A DNA stretch of 64,000 bases from Pyrinomonadaceae bacterium. Lineage in GTDB: Bacteria > Acidobacteriota > Blastocatellia > Pyrinomonadales > Pyrinomonadaceae. Below are positions 33,770 to 43,198 of the stretch, piece by piece; positions within the stretch are counted from its first letter, which is position 1; every line of letters begins with the position of its first letter. The stretch lies in assembly GCA_036389815.1 (NCBI GenBank), contig DASVWB010000086.1:7031-71030 (forward strand). Reading direction: 5' to 3'. Both the position numbers and the translations under genes were made by a program. The notes under the pieces were generated by a model, which was not told the origin of the DNA, made no database searches, and saw nothing but the letters and a program-made list of their open reading frames with translations.

Positions 33770-35431
33770 TCACGGAGCGTTTTTCTCCACATCGATGTAG
33801 AAGTTGCGGTCGACTTCGAATGTTTTGATCTCTTCGGGGGAGACGAAGGTCTGTACCGCCTCGGTCGGCGTGATTGTGACTACCTTGCCGTTAACAGCTA
33901 CGCGGAGCGGCATCGCAAACCCTTTGACCACCCTCTCGTAGCTGAACGTCAGCGTCTTCCCGTTCACCTTGTATTTTAATAGCGGGATTTCCGTCGTCCG
34001 CAGGTATTGGTCGAAAACCTTGCCGAGGTCAACGCCGGCCTTCTTACTGATGTAAGCTTCGACCTGCCCCGTCGAAACGGTCTGGTGCCAAAAATCGGCG
34101 TTGAGCCCGCGCAGGATGGAGAGCCATTTGGCGTCGTCGTTGATGACGTGGCGGATGGTGTGCAGCATGTTCCCGCCCTTGGGGTACATGTCGCCCGACC
34201 CTTCTCTGTTCGCGCCGTAAGTGCCGATGATCGGCCTGTCGTTTCTGATGAGGCGGCGGTTGCCGACCATGTAATCTTCCGCCTCTTTCCTGCCGAAGTG
34301 GTACTCGACGAAAAGGCTCTCCGAATAATTCGCGAAGCCCTCGTGAATCCACATGTCCGCCGCGTCTTTCATCGAGACGTTGTTGCCGAACCACTCGTGG
34401 CCGGATTCGTGGACGATGATGAAGTCGAATTTAAAACCGACTCCGGTGCCGCTGCCGTCCCGCTGGAGATAGCCGTTCCTGAACCAGTTGCCGTAGGTGA
34501 CCGAGCTTTGGTGCTCCATGCCGGGGTATGAGACCGCGACGAGTTTGTAGCCGTCTTCGTAAAAGGGGTACTTGCCGAACCAGTGCTCGAAGGCTTCCAT
34601 CATGCGGGGGGCTTCTTTGAAGTGCCTGACGGCAACGTCCTTCTGGTGGGCCAGCACCCAGTAGTCCATGTCCAGCACCCCGCCTTTGCCGCGGTATTTT
34701 TCGGAAAAGTTCACGTAGTTGCCGATGTTAACGTTGACCCCGTAGTTGTTGATCGGATTCACGACTTCCCAGTGAAAGGTTTTTGTCTTGCCGGCGATGT
34801 CGTGGTCTGTTTTTCTCAAACGACCGTTTGAGACGGCCGTCAGATTCTCCGGCACGGTCACGCTGATTCTCATCCCGCGGTCGGGCTCGTCGGCCCCGTG
34901 GTCTTTATTCGGCCACCAGATGCTCGCCCCGATTCCCTGACAGGTGGTGACGATGAAATGCTCCCCGAGGTCGTCTCTGCCCCACGTCACCCCGCCGACC
35001 CATGGGGGGTTCTTACTCGCCACGGGGACGCCTTCGTAAAATATCTCGACCTTATCTTCTACGCCCTTCGGAATGTCCTTCTCGAAAGTCACCCAGTAGA
35101 CATTCCCCTCGCGCTCGAATTTGAGCTGAGACTCGCCGTGGGTGACCTTCGTGACCGCGAGCGGCGGCTGCAAATCGATCTGCATTTTGTTCCCCGCTTT
35201 CAGAGTTTTGAAAGTGATCGCGTTCGACCCTTTCAGCCTCCTGGTCTCAGGGAAAAACTCGACCTTCAGGTGATAATGCAGCACGTCCCACCACTCGCGT
35301 TCGGGTGTTACCGAGCCCCGGAGCATCTCCTGGCGGGTGATGCTCTCTGTCTGGGCAGAGAGGGAGCCGGGGGCGCCCTGCACCTGTAGGAGGAGTCCGA
35401 TTGTAAGTGCTATTAATTTACGCGTGGTCAT
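33770..35431 (-). CDS. Secreted M1-family zinc aminopeptidase
   Basis: Signal peptide MTTRKLIALTIGLLLQVQGAPG. A GxMEN-type exopeptidase motif (YPGMEHQS), the zinc motif HESGHEWFGN and the downstream WIHEGFANYSE are present. G+C is visibly lower than in the neighbouring genes. Confidence 0.85.
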   Translation of the reverse strand: MTTRKLIALTIGLLLQVQGAPGSLSAQTESITRQEMLRGSVTPEREWWDVLHYHLKVEFFPETRRLKGSNAITFKTLKAGNKMQIDLQPPLAVTKVTHGESQLKFEREGNVYWVTFEKDIPKGVEDKVEIFYEGVPVASKNPPWVGGVTWGRDDLGEHFIVTTCQGIGASIWWPNKDHGADEPDRGMRISVTVPENLTAVSNGRLRKTDHDIAGKTKTFHWEVVNPINNYGVNVNIGNYVNFSEKYRGKGGVLDMDYWVLAHQKDVAVRHFKEAPRMMEAFEHWFGKYPFYEDGYKLVAVSYPGMEHQSSVTYGNWFRNGYLQRDGSGTGVGFKFDFIIVHESGHEWFGNNVSMKDAADMWIHEGFANYSESLFVEYHFGRKEAEDYMVGNRRLIRNDRPIIGTYGANREGSGDMYPKGGNMLHTIRHVINDDAKWLSILRGLNADFWHQTVSTGQVEAYISKKAGVDLGKVFDQYLRTTEIPLLKYKVNGKTLTFSYERVVKGFAMPLRVAVNGKVVTITPTEAVQTFVSPEEIKTFEVDRNFYIDVEKNAP

Positions 35432-35810
35432 TCACCGCCTCCCGAGTTTTATCGGCCCGACGCCCGGCAATGTATGTTGACTCAAGCGCGGGGAAGCCAC
35501 AAGCTTTCGCCGGACTTGAGGCGCCCGGCGGAAGGCCGGCCGGTTCACCGTCACTCTCGGCCGACGCGAGCGGCGAGACCATTCCAGCGCGTCAAGTCGG
35601 AGCCCGCGCGGCCGTGCCGAAGCGGACGGAAGATTCCCTGAAGTGGGGAGCACGTTCCCGCGCCAGACGTGAGAACCTCCACGCCGGCGGGCAGCCGTTG
35701 CCCGCCCCGGGGCGCTCACGGGCTTCGCACGCCGTAAGAATCCAGTAGTTTTAGCGCCTTCCGAGCTGATGACGGCCCGGAATCCAGCCCCGGACGAAAG
35801 GGAAGGGCGG

Positions 35811-35826
35811 TGGCACGGATACTGCT
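35811..35826 (+). promoter_or_regulatory. Sigma54-type -24/-12 promoter candidate (TGGCACGGATACTGCT)
   Basis: It matches the consensus TGGCACG-N4-TTGCW except for one position (C for T before the GC). A GAATCCAG direct repeat lies at 35738-35745 and 35780-35787, just upstream. An NtrC-type activator is encoded in the downstream operon. Confidence 0.45.
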
Positions 35827-36373
35827 AAGCCATAGGTCAGCTTCTTTGAAAGGGGGGCTTATCAAATGCGAGTCAAAGGGTCAATACAATCTTCCGACAG
35901 GGCATTCTATGCCTGTTTGACGGAGAGGCGCCGCGGGGTCGGGGCGGCCTGCGCTTCCTCCCGGCTTGTTCGGAAATACTCGTCGAGCGACTACCGCGCG
36001 CGGCTGGGGTTCGTCCCGTGCCGGAACGCCTTGAGGAATAGGTCTTTGGCGGCGGCGTCGCCGGAGAGCAGCGAAATAACCTCCGACCTGCCCGGAGTGT
36101 GCGCGCGCGGTCAGGGTCGGCGGGCGGCCTTCGCCGAAGGCGAGACGCTCGTAAGTTCTGGGAGCCGGCATCACGTCCGGGGGCGAGCGAGGGGGAAGCA
36201 CGCGGGCATCGTCGGAGTCGTCGAGCGCCGCGAGCCGTCCCCCGGGCGTGATTCTTCGGCCCGCGCCCGGCCTCCAGGCGCGGCGGCAACTTAAAGCGGC
36301 CTCGGCCCACAACAGTACCGGCACGGTCAGTGGCCCGCCCGGCGGACGGGGCGGGGTGACCGGGAGCAAACGT

Positions 36374-39300
36374 ATGAACAGCTACGCAGCCTTCATCTAC
36401 GGCGCCCTCACATCGCCGAGCGGCGACAACGCCGCCGACGGCCGTGCTCTCGCGCGCCAGTGCATCACGCAGTTGGAAGAGGTCGGAGACCGGGAGCGTT
36501 TCCCGCCGCGCCTGCTCATCCTGCTTACCTCGCCGGCCTACCTTGAAATGCTGGCGGCCAGGCAACTGCTGTCGGGCATCGAGCAGGAGTTCAGGAAGGA
36601 GAACCTCGCCGACGGCGTCGCGCTCGTCGGGAGTTCGGCGGCCGCCGTGTTCTTCGATAACCGTATCCACGAGGAGGGCGCGCTGCTGATCTGCCTCTCG
36701 TCGCTGCTGCTGGAGACGAAGGCCGGCGTCGGCAGGCACGCCAGCCGCGACCCGGAGGCCGCCACCGAGGAGCTTTTAAAAAGCCTCGGGATGGGCGACC
36801 GGAATAAGGATTTGAACCCGCTGTCGAACCGGATGCTGCTGACCTTCTTCCCCGACATCAACAGGGGGGCGAGCGGCCCCGTCGTCTACAGGAGCGACGA
36901 ACTGCACCGGACGCTGTGGAAAAAAACTCACTGCCGCATCCCCATCGCGGGCGGCATCTCCGCGGCCGGCACCCCGCGCGAGACCGGCCCGACGCAGGCG
37001 CTCCAGTACTGCAACTGGGAGGTCTACAGCGACGCCGTCGTCGCCGCGCAGGTTGATTCGGGCGTGCCGCTGGGCGTGAGCCTCTGCCGCGGCCTGGAGA
37101 CCGTCCGCGACGACAACGCCATCGTCCGGCGGCGCGTGAAGGACCTCTCGGAGGACGGGCTCTACGTCGACGCATTCTTCGAGGGGTCGCTCGACGGGTA
37201 TGCGAACGGCGGCGACGGCCTCCTGCTGCTCGGCGAGGACTCGAAGGAGCGCGACTTCATCATGGCCCTCCACGAGCCGGCCGCGGGCGGCCGGTTCCGC
37301 GTGATGGACAAGCTGGAGAGGGGCGAGACGCTGCGGGTCCTGAGGCCGCACCCAGAGCAGTTGCTCAGGATGGCCGGCGACATCGTGCGGCGCTCGACCG
37401 AGCGCGTGCGCGTGCGCCACCCGCTCGGCTGCCTCTCGTTCATCTGCTCGGCGCACCTGCGCCGCCGCCGCCAGCACGTCTCGCTCTACATCGAGCAGGC
37501 CATCAAGAGCATCGGTGACGCCTTCGGCGGCGTGCCCTGCGTGGGCGGGTTCGTCGACGGCGAGGCGGGGGTGGACGAGACGGGCCGCTCCCAGTTCGGC
37601 AACTGGAGCATGGTCGGGCTCATCCTCGGCGACGAGATGCGCGACCGCACGCCGCTCTACCGCGGCTTCAAGGCGCTGGCGAAGTACAACCACGGCCTCA
37701 CGGCTGAGACCGACATCGGGGCGGCCATCGGGCGGTCGCTGGAGCTGGTCTACGAGACGGACTTCCCCGGCGTCATGATCTCGACGCTGCTCCCCGACCA
37801 GGAGGACGACCACGTCATCGTGCAGGGGGCGAAGGGGAAGGCGTTCGCCGGCTCGGCGCCGGGCACGCGCATCCCGATCACGGTCGGCGACCCGCTGCAC
37901 AGCGTCATCGCGGACAAGAGGCCGCTCTTCATGAAGGCCGAGGCGGGCGGCGCGTGCACGGGGCAGTACATCGTCCCGCTCAAAGACCTGCTCGACGACA
38001 TCATCGCGGTCATGCACGTGGACCTAGGACGCGTCAGCCCCGACAGTTGCGACGTGACGCCCGTCGAGCGCGAGGTGCTGACCTCCCTCGGCGCGGCCAT
38101 CTCGGCCGGCGTCAACGACATCCTGAACTGGCGCGCCAGCGAGATAACGCGCGAGCTGGACAGGGGGCTCAAGGAGAGCATCTCGGCCGCGACCATGAAG
38201 GACGGCCTCAACGTCTTCGTCAGGGCGGCCGTCGCGGCCTTCGGCGCGGACATGGGGCACGTGAGGCTCTCGCCCGGCAGGGGCGGGCCGCTGGAGCTGA
38301 AGGCCGGCGTCGGCGATTACTACGAGGTCGCGCGGCGCTACCGCGCCGCCATCCGGCTCGACGACGTGTCGCCGACCTGCGAGACCTTCTACAGCGGCGG
38401 GACGACCGTCGTTAACGACGCCTGGAACAACGCCGCCCACAACCGCCTGCGCGAGACCGTGCCGGACGACCCCGTCAGGGAGGCCCTGCGCGAGGTGCGC
38501 TCCTACGCGAACACCGCCTTCAAGAACGCCGAGGGCGAGACCCTCGGCACCATCAACCTGCTCTCGAAGAGCCCGTGGTTCTTCACCCAGATGCACCGGC
38601 AGACGCTGGGGGCGCTCGCCGAGCGCGTCGAGTTCCTCGTCCAGCACCTCGAGCAGAAGGAGCAGAAGGAGCAGATCAACAGGGGCATCAAGTTCCTGCG
38701 CAACGCGACGCCGCAGCTCTCGCAGGTCAACGTCAACGACATGCCGGGCGCGCTCCGCGAGGCGACGCAGCGCTTCTGCGAGGCCGCGGGCGCCGAGGTC
38801 GCCTCGCTCTACCTCTTCGACAAAGACCTCAACAAGTACGTGCTCCGGGCGCAGCACAACTGGGCCGACGGCCGCTGGGTCAACGTCGCGCGGTACGAGC
38901 GCGACGGCGGCTGGCTCTGGAACGTCGCGCGCCAGCCCACGCCCGAGCCGCAAATTTTCCGCGATCGCGACCCCGCCGGCCTGCTCTACTCCGCGGAGAT
39001 GTTCGGCGGCGGCCTCGGCCCGGACGTCGTGGCGTCGGCGGCCGGGCTGCCGCTGACGCTCGGCGACGAGAACCTGGGACTGCTCGTCCTCTACGTCAGG
39101 CACCCCGCGGGAGAGGTCGCCGAGTTCGCCACCATCGACACGAAGGATTTACAGGAGGCCGCCAGTTCGATGGCGGCCTTGGTTCGTATACTCTTCTTTA
39201 GTCAGGAGAAGATTTTCGGCGAGAAGATGCAGAGGCAGTTCAAAAAACTCTCCGACATCTTCCTGCAGGAGAAGCCGCGCGAGGTCATAGAGGCGGACCT

Positions 39301-40543
39301 CTGCGAGAACCTGGTCGGCATGTTCCAGGCGCACACCGCCGACTTCTACTTCTACCCGCCGGGCGGCGCGCAGGAGTTGTTGTGGATCGCCGGGCACCCG
39401 CGGCCGGACGCGCGCGGGGCGCGACCCGCGCCGGACGCGACCGTCCGCCGGGTCGGTTCGAGCGGGGTGCCGATAGTCTTCCGTCACGGGGCGCGCAGCA
39501 CGGAGGAGCATAAGAGGTTCGAGTCGGCCGCGGTCGACGGGCTCGTCACGCGCATCTGCATCCCCGTCGGCGTCAGGCTCGCGCGCGAGGGCGCCGACGC
39601 CCGGCCGCGCACCGGCGTGCTCGACGTGGTCTGGGACGGGCCGCGCCGCGTCCCGGGCTGGGAGGCCGTCCACCACTCCGAGAGGCAGCTCCAGATCATG
39701 GGCTCGGTCATCGGGTCGTCCTACAGCAAGTACCGGCTCACCGTCGAGAGGGAGGAGGACCGGCGGAGGCGGGCGGAGGAGGACGAGCGCAACGACGAGA
39801 TGAAGCGGCTGGTGAACAACATGCGCTCGCAGGCTTCGCACGTCACCAAGAGTATCCTCCAGGCGATCAAGGGCGTCCCCAACTTCATACGCGCCGACAA
39901 CCCGCGGGAGAGGCGCGAGTCTTACGCCCGAAAACTCGCCAAGGTGATCGACGACGGCAGCGACATGATCAAGGAGATTCTCGACTCGGCGCGGGCCATG
40001 ACCGATTTCAAGCCCCGTCCGTGCCGCCTGAAGCTCATCCTCGAAGAGGCCGTGGAGCGTGTGACGACGACCCTGTACAGTCTGGACGACGGGCAGGAGA
40101 TAGAGATGTCCATCGAGGCGCCCGACTCGATAGAGGTCTACGTCGACGACCGTTACACGAAGCAGGCCTTCTACAACCTCATCAACAACGCCATCGAAGC
40201 CACCACGAAGAAGCACGGCTCGGCCGCCTCGTTCCCGCCGCACGTCGCCGCCTCCGTCGCCGCGAACGAGGCGGAGGTGCTCATCATCGACAGGGGCACC
40301 GGCCTGACGCAGGAGCAGATCAAGGCGGCCAAGACGGGCGACCTGAAGACCGAGGGGAAGACCGGCACCGGCATCTTCTTCTCCCGGGGCTTCATCATCA
40401 ATCAAAAGGGGACACACGACATGTTCCCCAACGAATACGGCGGCATCACCGTCCGCGTGACACTACCGCTTAACCCGAAGGAGGAGTTGGATGGAAACTA
40501 TAGCGCAGGCGATAAGGCCCAAAGTTCTGGTCGTGGAAGATAA
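36374..40543 (+). CDS. Large cytoplasmic multi-sensor histidine kinase (FIST-like N-terminus, GAF-like regions, HisKA-like helix, HATPase_c)
   Basis: I use the ATG at 36374 (MNSYAAF...), which has GGGAG 7 nt upstream. The track start at 36248 is less likely. The FIST-like pattern is LLILLTSPAYLEML...VALVGSSAAAVFFDNRIHEEGALLICLSS. The candidate H-box is NMRSQASHVTKSILQAI. The ATP-lid boxes are FYNLINNAIEAT, IIDRGTGLT and GTGIFFSRGF. No transmembrane segment is evident. The sensor-domain assignments are tentative. Confidence 0.75.
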   Translation: MNSYAAFIYGALTSPSGDNAADGRALARQCITQLEEVGDRERFPPRLLILLTSPAYLEMLAARQLLSGIEQEFRKENLADGVALVGSSAAAVFFDNRIHEEGALLICLSSLLLETKAGVGRHASRDPEAATEELLKSLGMGDRNKDLNPLSNRMLLTFFPDINRGASGPVVYRSDELHRTLWKKTHCRIPIAGGISAAGTPRETGPTQALQYCNWEVYSDAVVAAQVDSGVPLGVSLCRGLETVRDDNAIVRRRVKDLSEDGLYVDAFFEGSLDGYANGGDGLLLLGEDSKERDFIMALHEPAAGGRFRVMDKLERGETLRVLRPHPEQLLRMAGDIVRRSTERVRVRHPLGCLSFICSAHLRRRRQHVSLYIEQAIKSIGDAFGGVPCVGGFVDGEAGVDETGRSQFGNWSMVGLILGDEMRDRTPLYRGFKALAKYNHGLTAETDIGAAIGRSLELVYETDFPGVMISTLLPDQEDDHVIVQGAKGKAFAGSAPGTRIPITVGDPLHSVIADKRPLFMKAEAGGACTGQYIVPLKDLLDDIIAVMHVDLGRVSPDSCDVTPVEREVLTSLGAAISAGVNDILNWRASEITRELDRGLKESISAATMKDGLNVFVRAAVAAFGADMGHVRLSPGRGGPLELKAGVGDYYEVARRYRAAIRLDDVSPTCETFYSGGTTVVNDAWNNAAHNRLRETVPDDPVREALREVRSYANTAFKNAEGETLGTINLLSKSPWFFTQMHRQTLGALAERVEFLVQHLEQKEQKEQINRGIKFLRNATPQLSQVNVNDMPGALREATQRFCEAAGAEVASLYLFDKDLNKYVLRAQHNWADGRWVNVARYERDGGWLWNVARQPTPEPQIFRDRDPAGLLYSAEMFGGGLGPDVVASAAGLPLTLGDENLGLLVLYVRHPAGEVAEFATIDTKDLQEAASSMAALVRILFFSQEKIFGEKMQRQFKKLSDIFLQEKPREVIEADLCENLVGMFQAHTADFYFYPPGGAQELLWIAGHPRPDARGARPAPDATVRRVGSSGVPIVFRHGARSTEEHKRFESAAVDGLVTRICIPVGVRLAREGADARPRTGVLDVVWDGPRRVPGWEAVHHSERQLQIMGSVIGSSYSKYRLTVEREEDRRRRAEEDERNDEMKRLVNNMRSQASHVTKSILQAIKGVPNFIRADNPRERRESYARKLAKVIDDGSDMIKEILDSARAMTDFKPRPCRLKLILEEAVERVTTTLYSLDDGQEIEMSIEAPDSIEVYVDDRYTKQAFYNLINNAIEATTKKHGSAASFPPHVAASVAANEAEVLIIDRGTGLTQEQIKAAKTGDLKTEGKTGTGIFFSRGFIINQKGTHDMFPNEYGGITVRVTLPLNPKEELDGNYSAGDKAQSSGRGR

Positions 40544-41735
40544 GGAGATACCGCTCGACGACATCGTGACCCTCATCGAGACGATGGACGAACTGGAGCT
40601 TAAGCGCCGCCGTATCAAGGAGAAGGTCGTCCCCGCCACCGCGATGTGGTTCTCACAGGCGAAGGCGCTGCTGCGCGAGGCCGCGGACGCCGGCGACCCC
40701 TTCGACATCGTCATCATGGACCTCTACCTGCCGGTCGAAAGGCCCCACCCCGACGAGCCGACGGTGGTCGACAAACAGGCCGGGCTGAAGCTCATCGAAT
40801 ACGCCACCGAGAAGGGCGCGGCCCGGCAGATCATCGTCTACACCGCCCACGCGGAGTACGAGTACGTGCGCTCGGCGTTCCTCAACGGGGCGGTCGATAT
40901 CGTGAGCAAGGGCGAGAAGGACAGCGAAAGCCTGCTCGTCAAGTCGATACTGGCGGCCTGGGACCGCCTCATCGCCGACGAGAGCGCGCACGTGCTCGCC
41001 GAGAGGTTCAAGGCCCTCGTGCCCTACGCGCAGAAGGGGCTGGCCCACTGGTTCAGCGGCTCCTTCTCGCGCCTCATCCAGTCGGTGTCGCAGGAGTTGG
41101 ACGGGCTGCGGGCCAACGTGGGTGAGCGGCTCGGCCTCGACGTCGAGCGCGACCGGCACGACCCCTTCGTCTGGCGCCTGGTCTCGATTCAGAAGTCGCT
41201 GAAGGAGGCGACCGAGGAGTGGTCGGCGCTGCACGCCACCATCGCCGACGATGCCGAGGGGCCGAACGAGGTCGTGGTGGAGGAGAAGCTGCGTGACATC
41301 GTCCACGAAGTCCTCCCCTGCCTGACGCTCAAGCGCACCGAGGCCCAGACCCCCCTCGGCGGGCGGACGCGCGTCCTCTCCTTCTCCGACGACGTGGGCG
41401 CCATCCTCCGCGAAATCATCGTGGGCGGCGTCAGCGAGGTGCGTGACAGGGGCAGACGTAGCGAAGACAGCTACCTTGCGCATACAATAACCGTGACGGT
41501 GAGCGAGAGGGCAGAGAAGGCAGAGGTGCGCTTCGAAGACAACCTCCCGCCGGTCAGCCCGGAAGACGCCGAGAAGATCAACAAGGGGTACGCCGTCGCC
41601 CTGGACAAAAACTTCGGCCGCGCCTGGGGGCTCTCCGTCGCCCAGCACGCGGCGCTGAGGGGCGGGGGAAGGCTGAAGGTCGGGGCCTCCAACGGGGGCA
41701 ACGTCATCAGCTACTTCATCCCGATAGCCAACTGA
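40491..41735 (+). CDS. Response-regulator receiver domain fused to a GHKL-ATPase-like C-terminal domain
   Basis: A strong RBS (AAGGAGGAG) precedes the ATG. REC features: KVLVVEDKE, FDIVIMDLYLP, IIVYTAHAE and DIVSKGE. The C-terminus has HATPase_c-like features (FEDNLPP..., GRAWGLSVAQHAALRGGGRLKV). The gene starts 53 nt inside the kinase ORF. Confidence 0.7.
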   Translation: METIAQAIRPKVLVVEDKEIPLDDIVTLIETMDELELKRRRIKEKVVPATAMWFSQAKALLREAADAGDPFDIVIMDLYLPVERPHPDEPTVVDKQAGLKLIEYATEKGAARQIIVYTAHAEYEYVRSAFLNGAVDIVSKGEKDSESLLVKSILAAWDRLIADESAHVLAERFKALVPYAQKGLAHWFSGSFSRLIQSVSQELDGLRANVGERLGLDVERDRHDPFVWRLVSIQKSLKEATEEWSALHATIADDAEGPNEVVVEEKLRDIVHEVLPCLTLKRTEAQTPLGGRTRVLSFSDDVGAILREIIVGGVSEVRDRGRRSEDSYLAHTITVTVSERAEKAEVRFEDNLPPVSPEDAEKINKGYAVALDKNFGRAWGLSVAQHAALRGGGRLKVGASNGGNVISYFIPIAN

Positions 41736-43198
41736 TGAGTACCGTACTCGTCGTAGACCACTCCCGGCGCGAGGTAGAGCGGATCGAGGCCATCGTCCGG
41801 GCCGAGGGGCTGGAGGCCGTCGCCTGCTCTCACGGGGCCGAGGCGGAGAGGCTCATCGAGTCGGGCGCCGACAGGTTCGCCGCCGCGATGATCCTCTGGG
41901 ACGTGCCCGGCCCGCCGTTCGGCCTTGAGCTGCTGACGCGCTGCCGTCAGTTGCGCCCGCCGCTGCCCACCGTCGTCATGAGCGGGACGCTCGACGCCGC
42001 CTTGGCGGCGCGCGCCTTCGCGCTCGGCGCGCGCGACTTCCTCGAAAAGCCGCTCGACTCGGAGCGCGTGAAGTCGTGCCTCCGGTCGCTGCTCGCCGCG
42101 CAGGACCCGCTCTCGCCCCTCGTCGCCTCGATGCGCGAGACGATGGTGGGCGAGTCGCCGGCCTTCCTCTCGGCCCTCAAGCAGGTCGCGCGGGTGATCC
42201 CGCACCCGGACATGACCGTCCTGCTGACGGGGGAGTCCGGGACGGGCAAGGAGCTGATCGCGCGCTCCATCCACCGGCTCGGGCCGCGGGCCGGTCAGCC
42301 CTGGGCCGCCGTCAACGTCGGCGAAATCCCGGCGACCCTCATCGAGAGCGCCCTCTTCGGCCACGAGCGCGGGGCCTACACCGGCGCGGTCGGCAGGCAC
42401 GTCGGCTACCTGGAGGAGGCCGGGCGCGGGACGCTCTTCCTCGACGAGATCGGCGACCTCGAACTGTCGCTCCAGGGGACGCTCCTGCGCGCCATCCAGG
42501 AGCGGGAGTTCCGCAGGCTGAACGGGCACAAGCCCCTGCCCTTCGAGGCGCGCATCGTCAGCGCGACCAACCGCGACCTGGCCGCGGCGGTCCGGGGGGG
42601 CGCGTTCCGGCGCGACCTCTACCACCGCCTGGCGGGCGTGACGATCCACGTGCCGCCGCTGCGCGAGCGCGAGGGCGACCTCGACCTGCTGCTGAAGCAC
42701 TTCCTGCGGGTTCACGCGGGGGGCGACGAGGCGCGCTTCGCGCGCGAGACGCTGACCATCCTCAGAAGCTACCCCTTCCCCGGCAACGTGCGAGAGCTGG
42801 ACAACCTCGTGAGGGTGGCCGTGCTCGGCAGGGACGGCGAAGATGTGCTCCCGCGCCACCTGCCGCTGCGCAGCATGGGGGCGTTCCTCGGTCTGGGAGG
42901 GGAGGCCGCGCCGCCCGAGGCGGGGGCCCGGGCGCCCGACGACGCGGCGCCCTCCGAGCTGACGGCCGAGGTCGAGAGCGCCATGCCCGACGGCTGGCAG
43001 CGGATGCCTTACCGCGAGGCGATGCTGCACTACGAAAGGGCCTTCGACCGCGTCTACCTGCTGCGCCTGATGGAGCGCTGCCGCTACAACCTTACGCGCG
43101 CGGCGGCCGAGGCGGGCATCGACGCGAAGACCTTCCGCAAGCGTTGGAAGGAGTCCGGACTCAGGCCCCTCGGGGCGGGGGAGAACTCCGATGGCTGA
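41735..43198 (+). CDS. Sigma54-dependent (NtrC-family) response regulator
   Basis: REC features (VLVVDHSRRE..., MILWDVPGP) precede an AAA+ domain with Walker A (GESGTGKELIARSIH), a GAFTGA-like loop (ERGAYTGA), LFLDEIGDL and FRRDLYHRL. A Fis-type HTH lies at the C-terminus (YNLTRAAAEAGIDAKTFRKRWKE). The start overlaps the upstream stop (TGATG). Confidence 0.85.
   Translation: MSTVLVVDHSRREVERIEAIVRAEGLEAVACSHGAEAERLIESGADRFAAAMILWDVPGPPFGLELLTRCRQLRPPLPTVVMSGTLDAALAARAFALGARDFLEKPLDSERVKSCLRSLLAAQDPLSPLVASMRETMVGESPAFLSALKQVARVIPHPDMTVLLTGESGTGKELIARSIHRLGPRAGQPWAAVNVGEIPATLIESALFGHERGAYTGAVGRHVGYLEEAGRGTLFLDEIGDLELSLQGTLLRAIQEREFRRLNGHKPLPFEARIVSATNRDLAAAVRGGAFRRDLYHRLAGVTIHVPPLREREGDLDLLLKHFLRVHAGGDEARFARETLTILRSYPFPGNVRELDNLVRVAVLGRDGEDVLPRHLPLRSMGAFLGLGGEAAPPEAGARAPDDAAPSELTAEVESAMPDGWQRMPYREAMLHYERAFDRVYLLRLMERCRYNLTRAAAEAGIDAKTFRKRWKESGLRPLGAGENSDG

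Noticed and set aside
35866-36369. ORFs 35866..36294(+), 35881..36369(-) and 35873..36739(-)
   Set aside because: They are mutually overlapping, Arg/Ser/Pro-rich and without motifs. The plus ORF has an RBS and sits behind the sigma54-like site, so it is mentioned in a finding, but I do not call it a gene.
36776-40417. Three long minus-strand ORFs (36776..38017, 38024..39103, 39149..40417)
   Set aside because: All are antisense to the sensor kinase gene, show shadow-ORF composition, and have no RBS or motif support.
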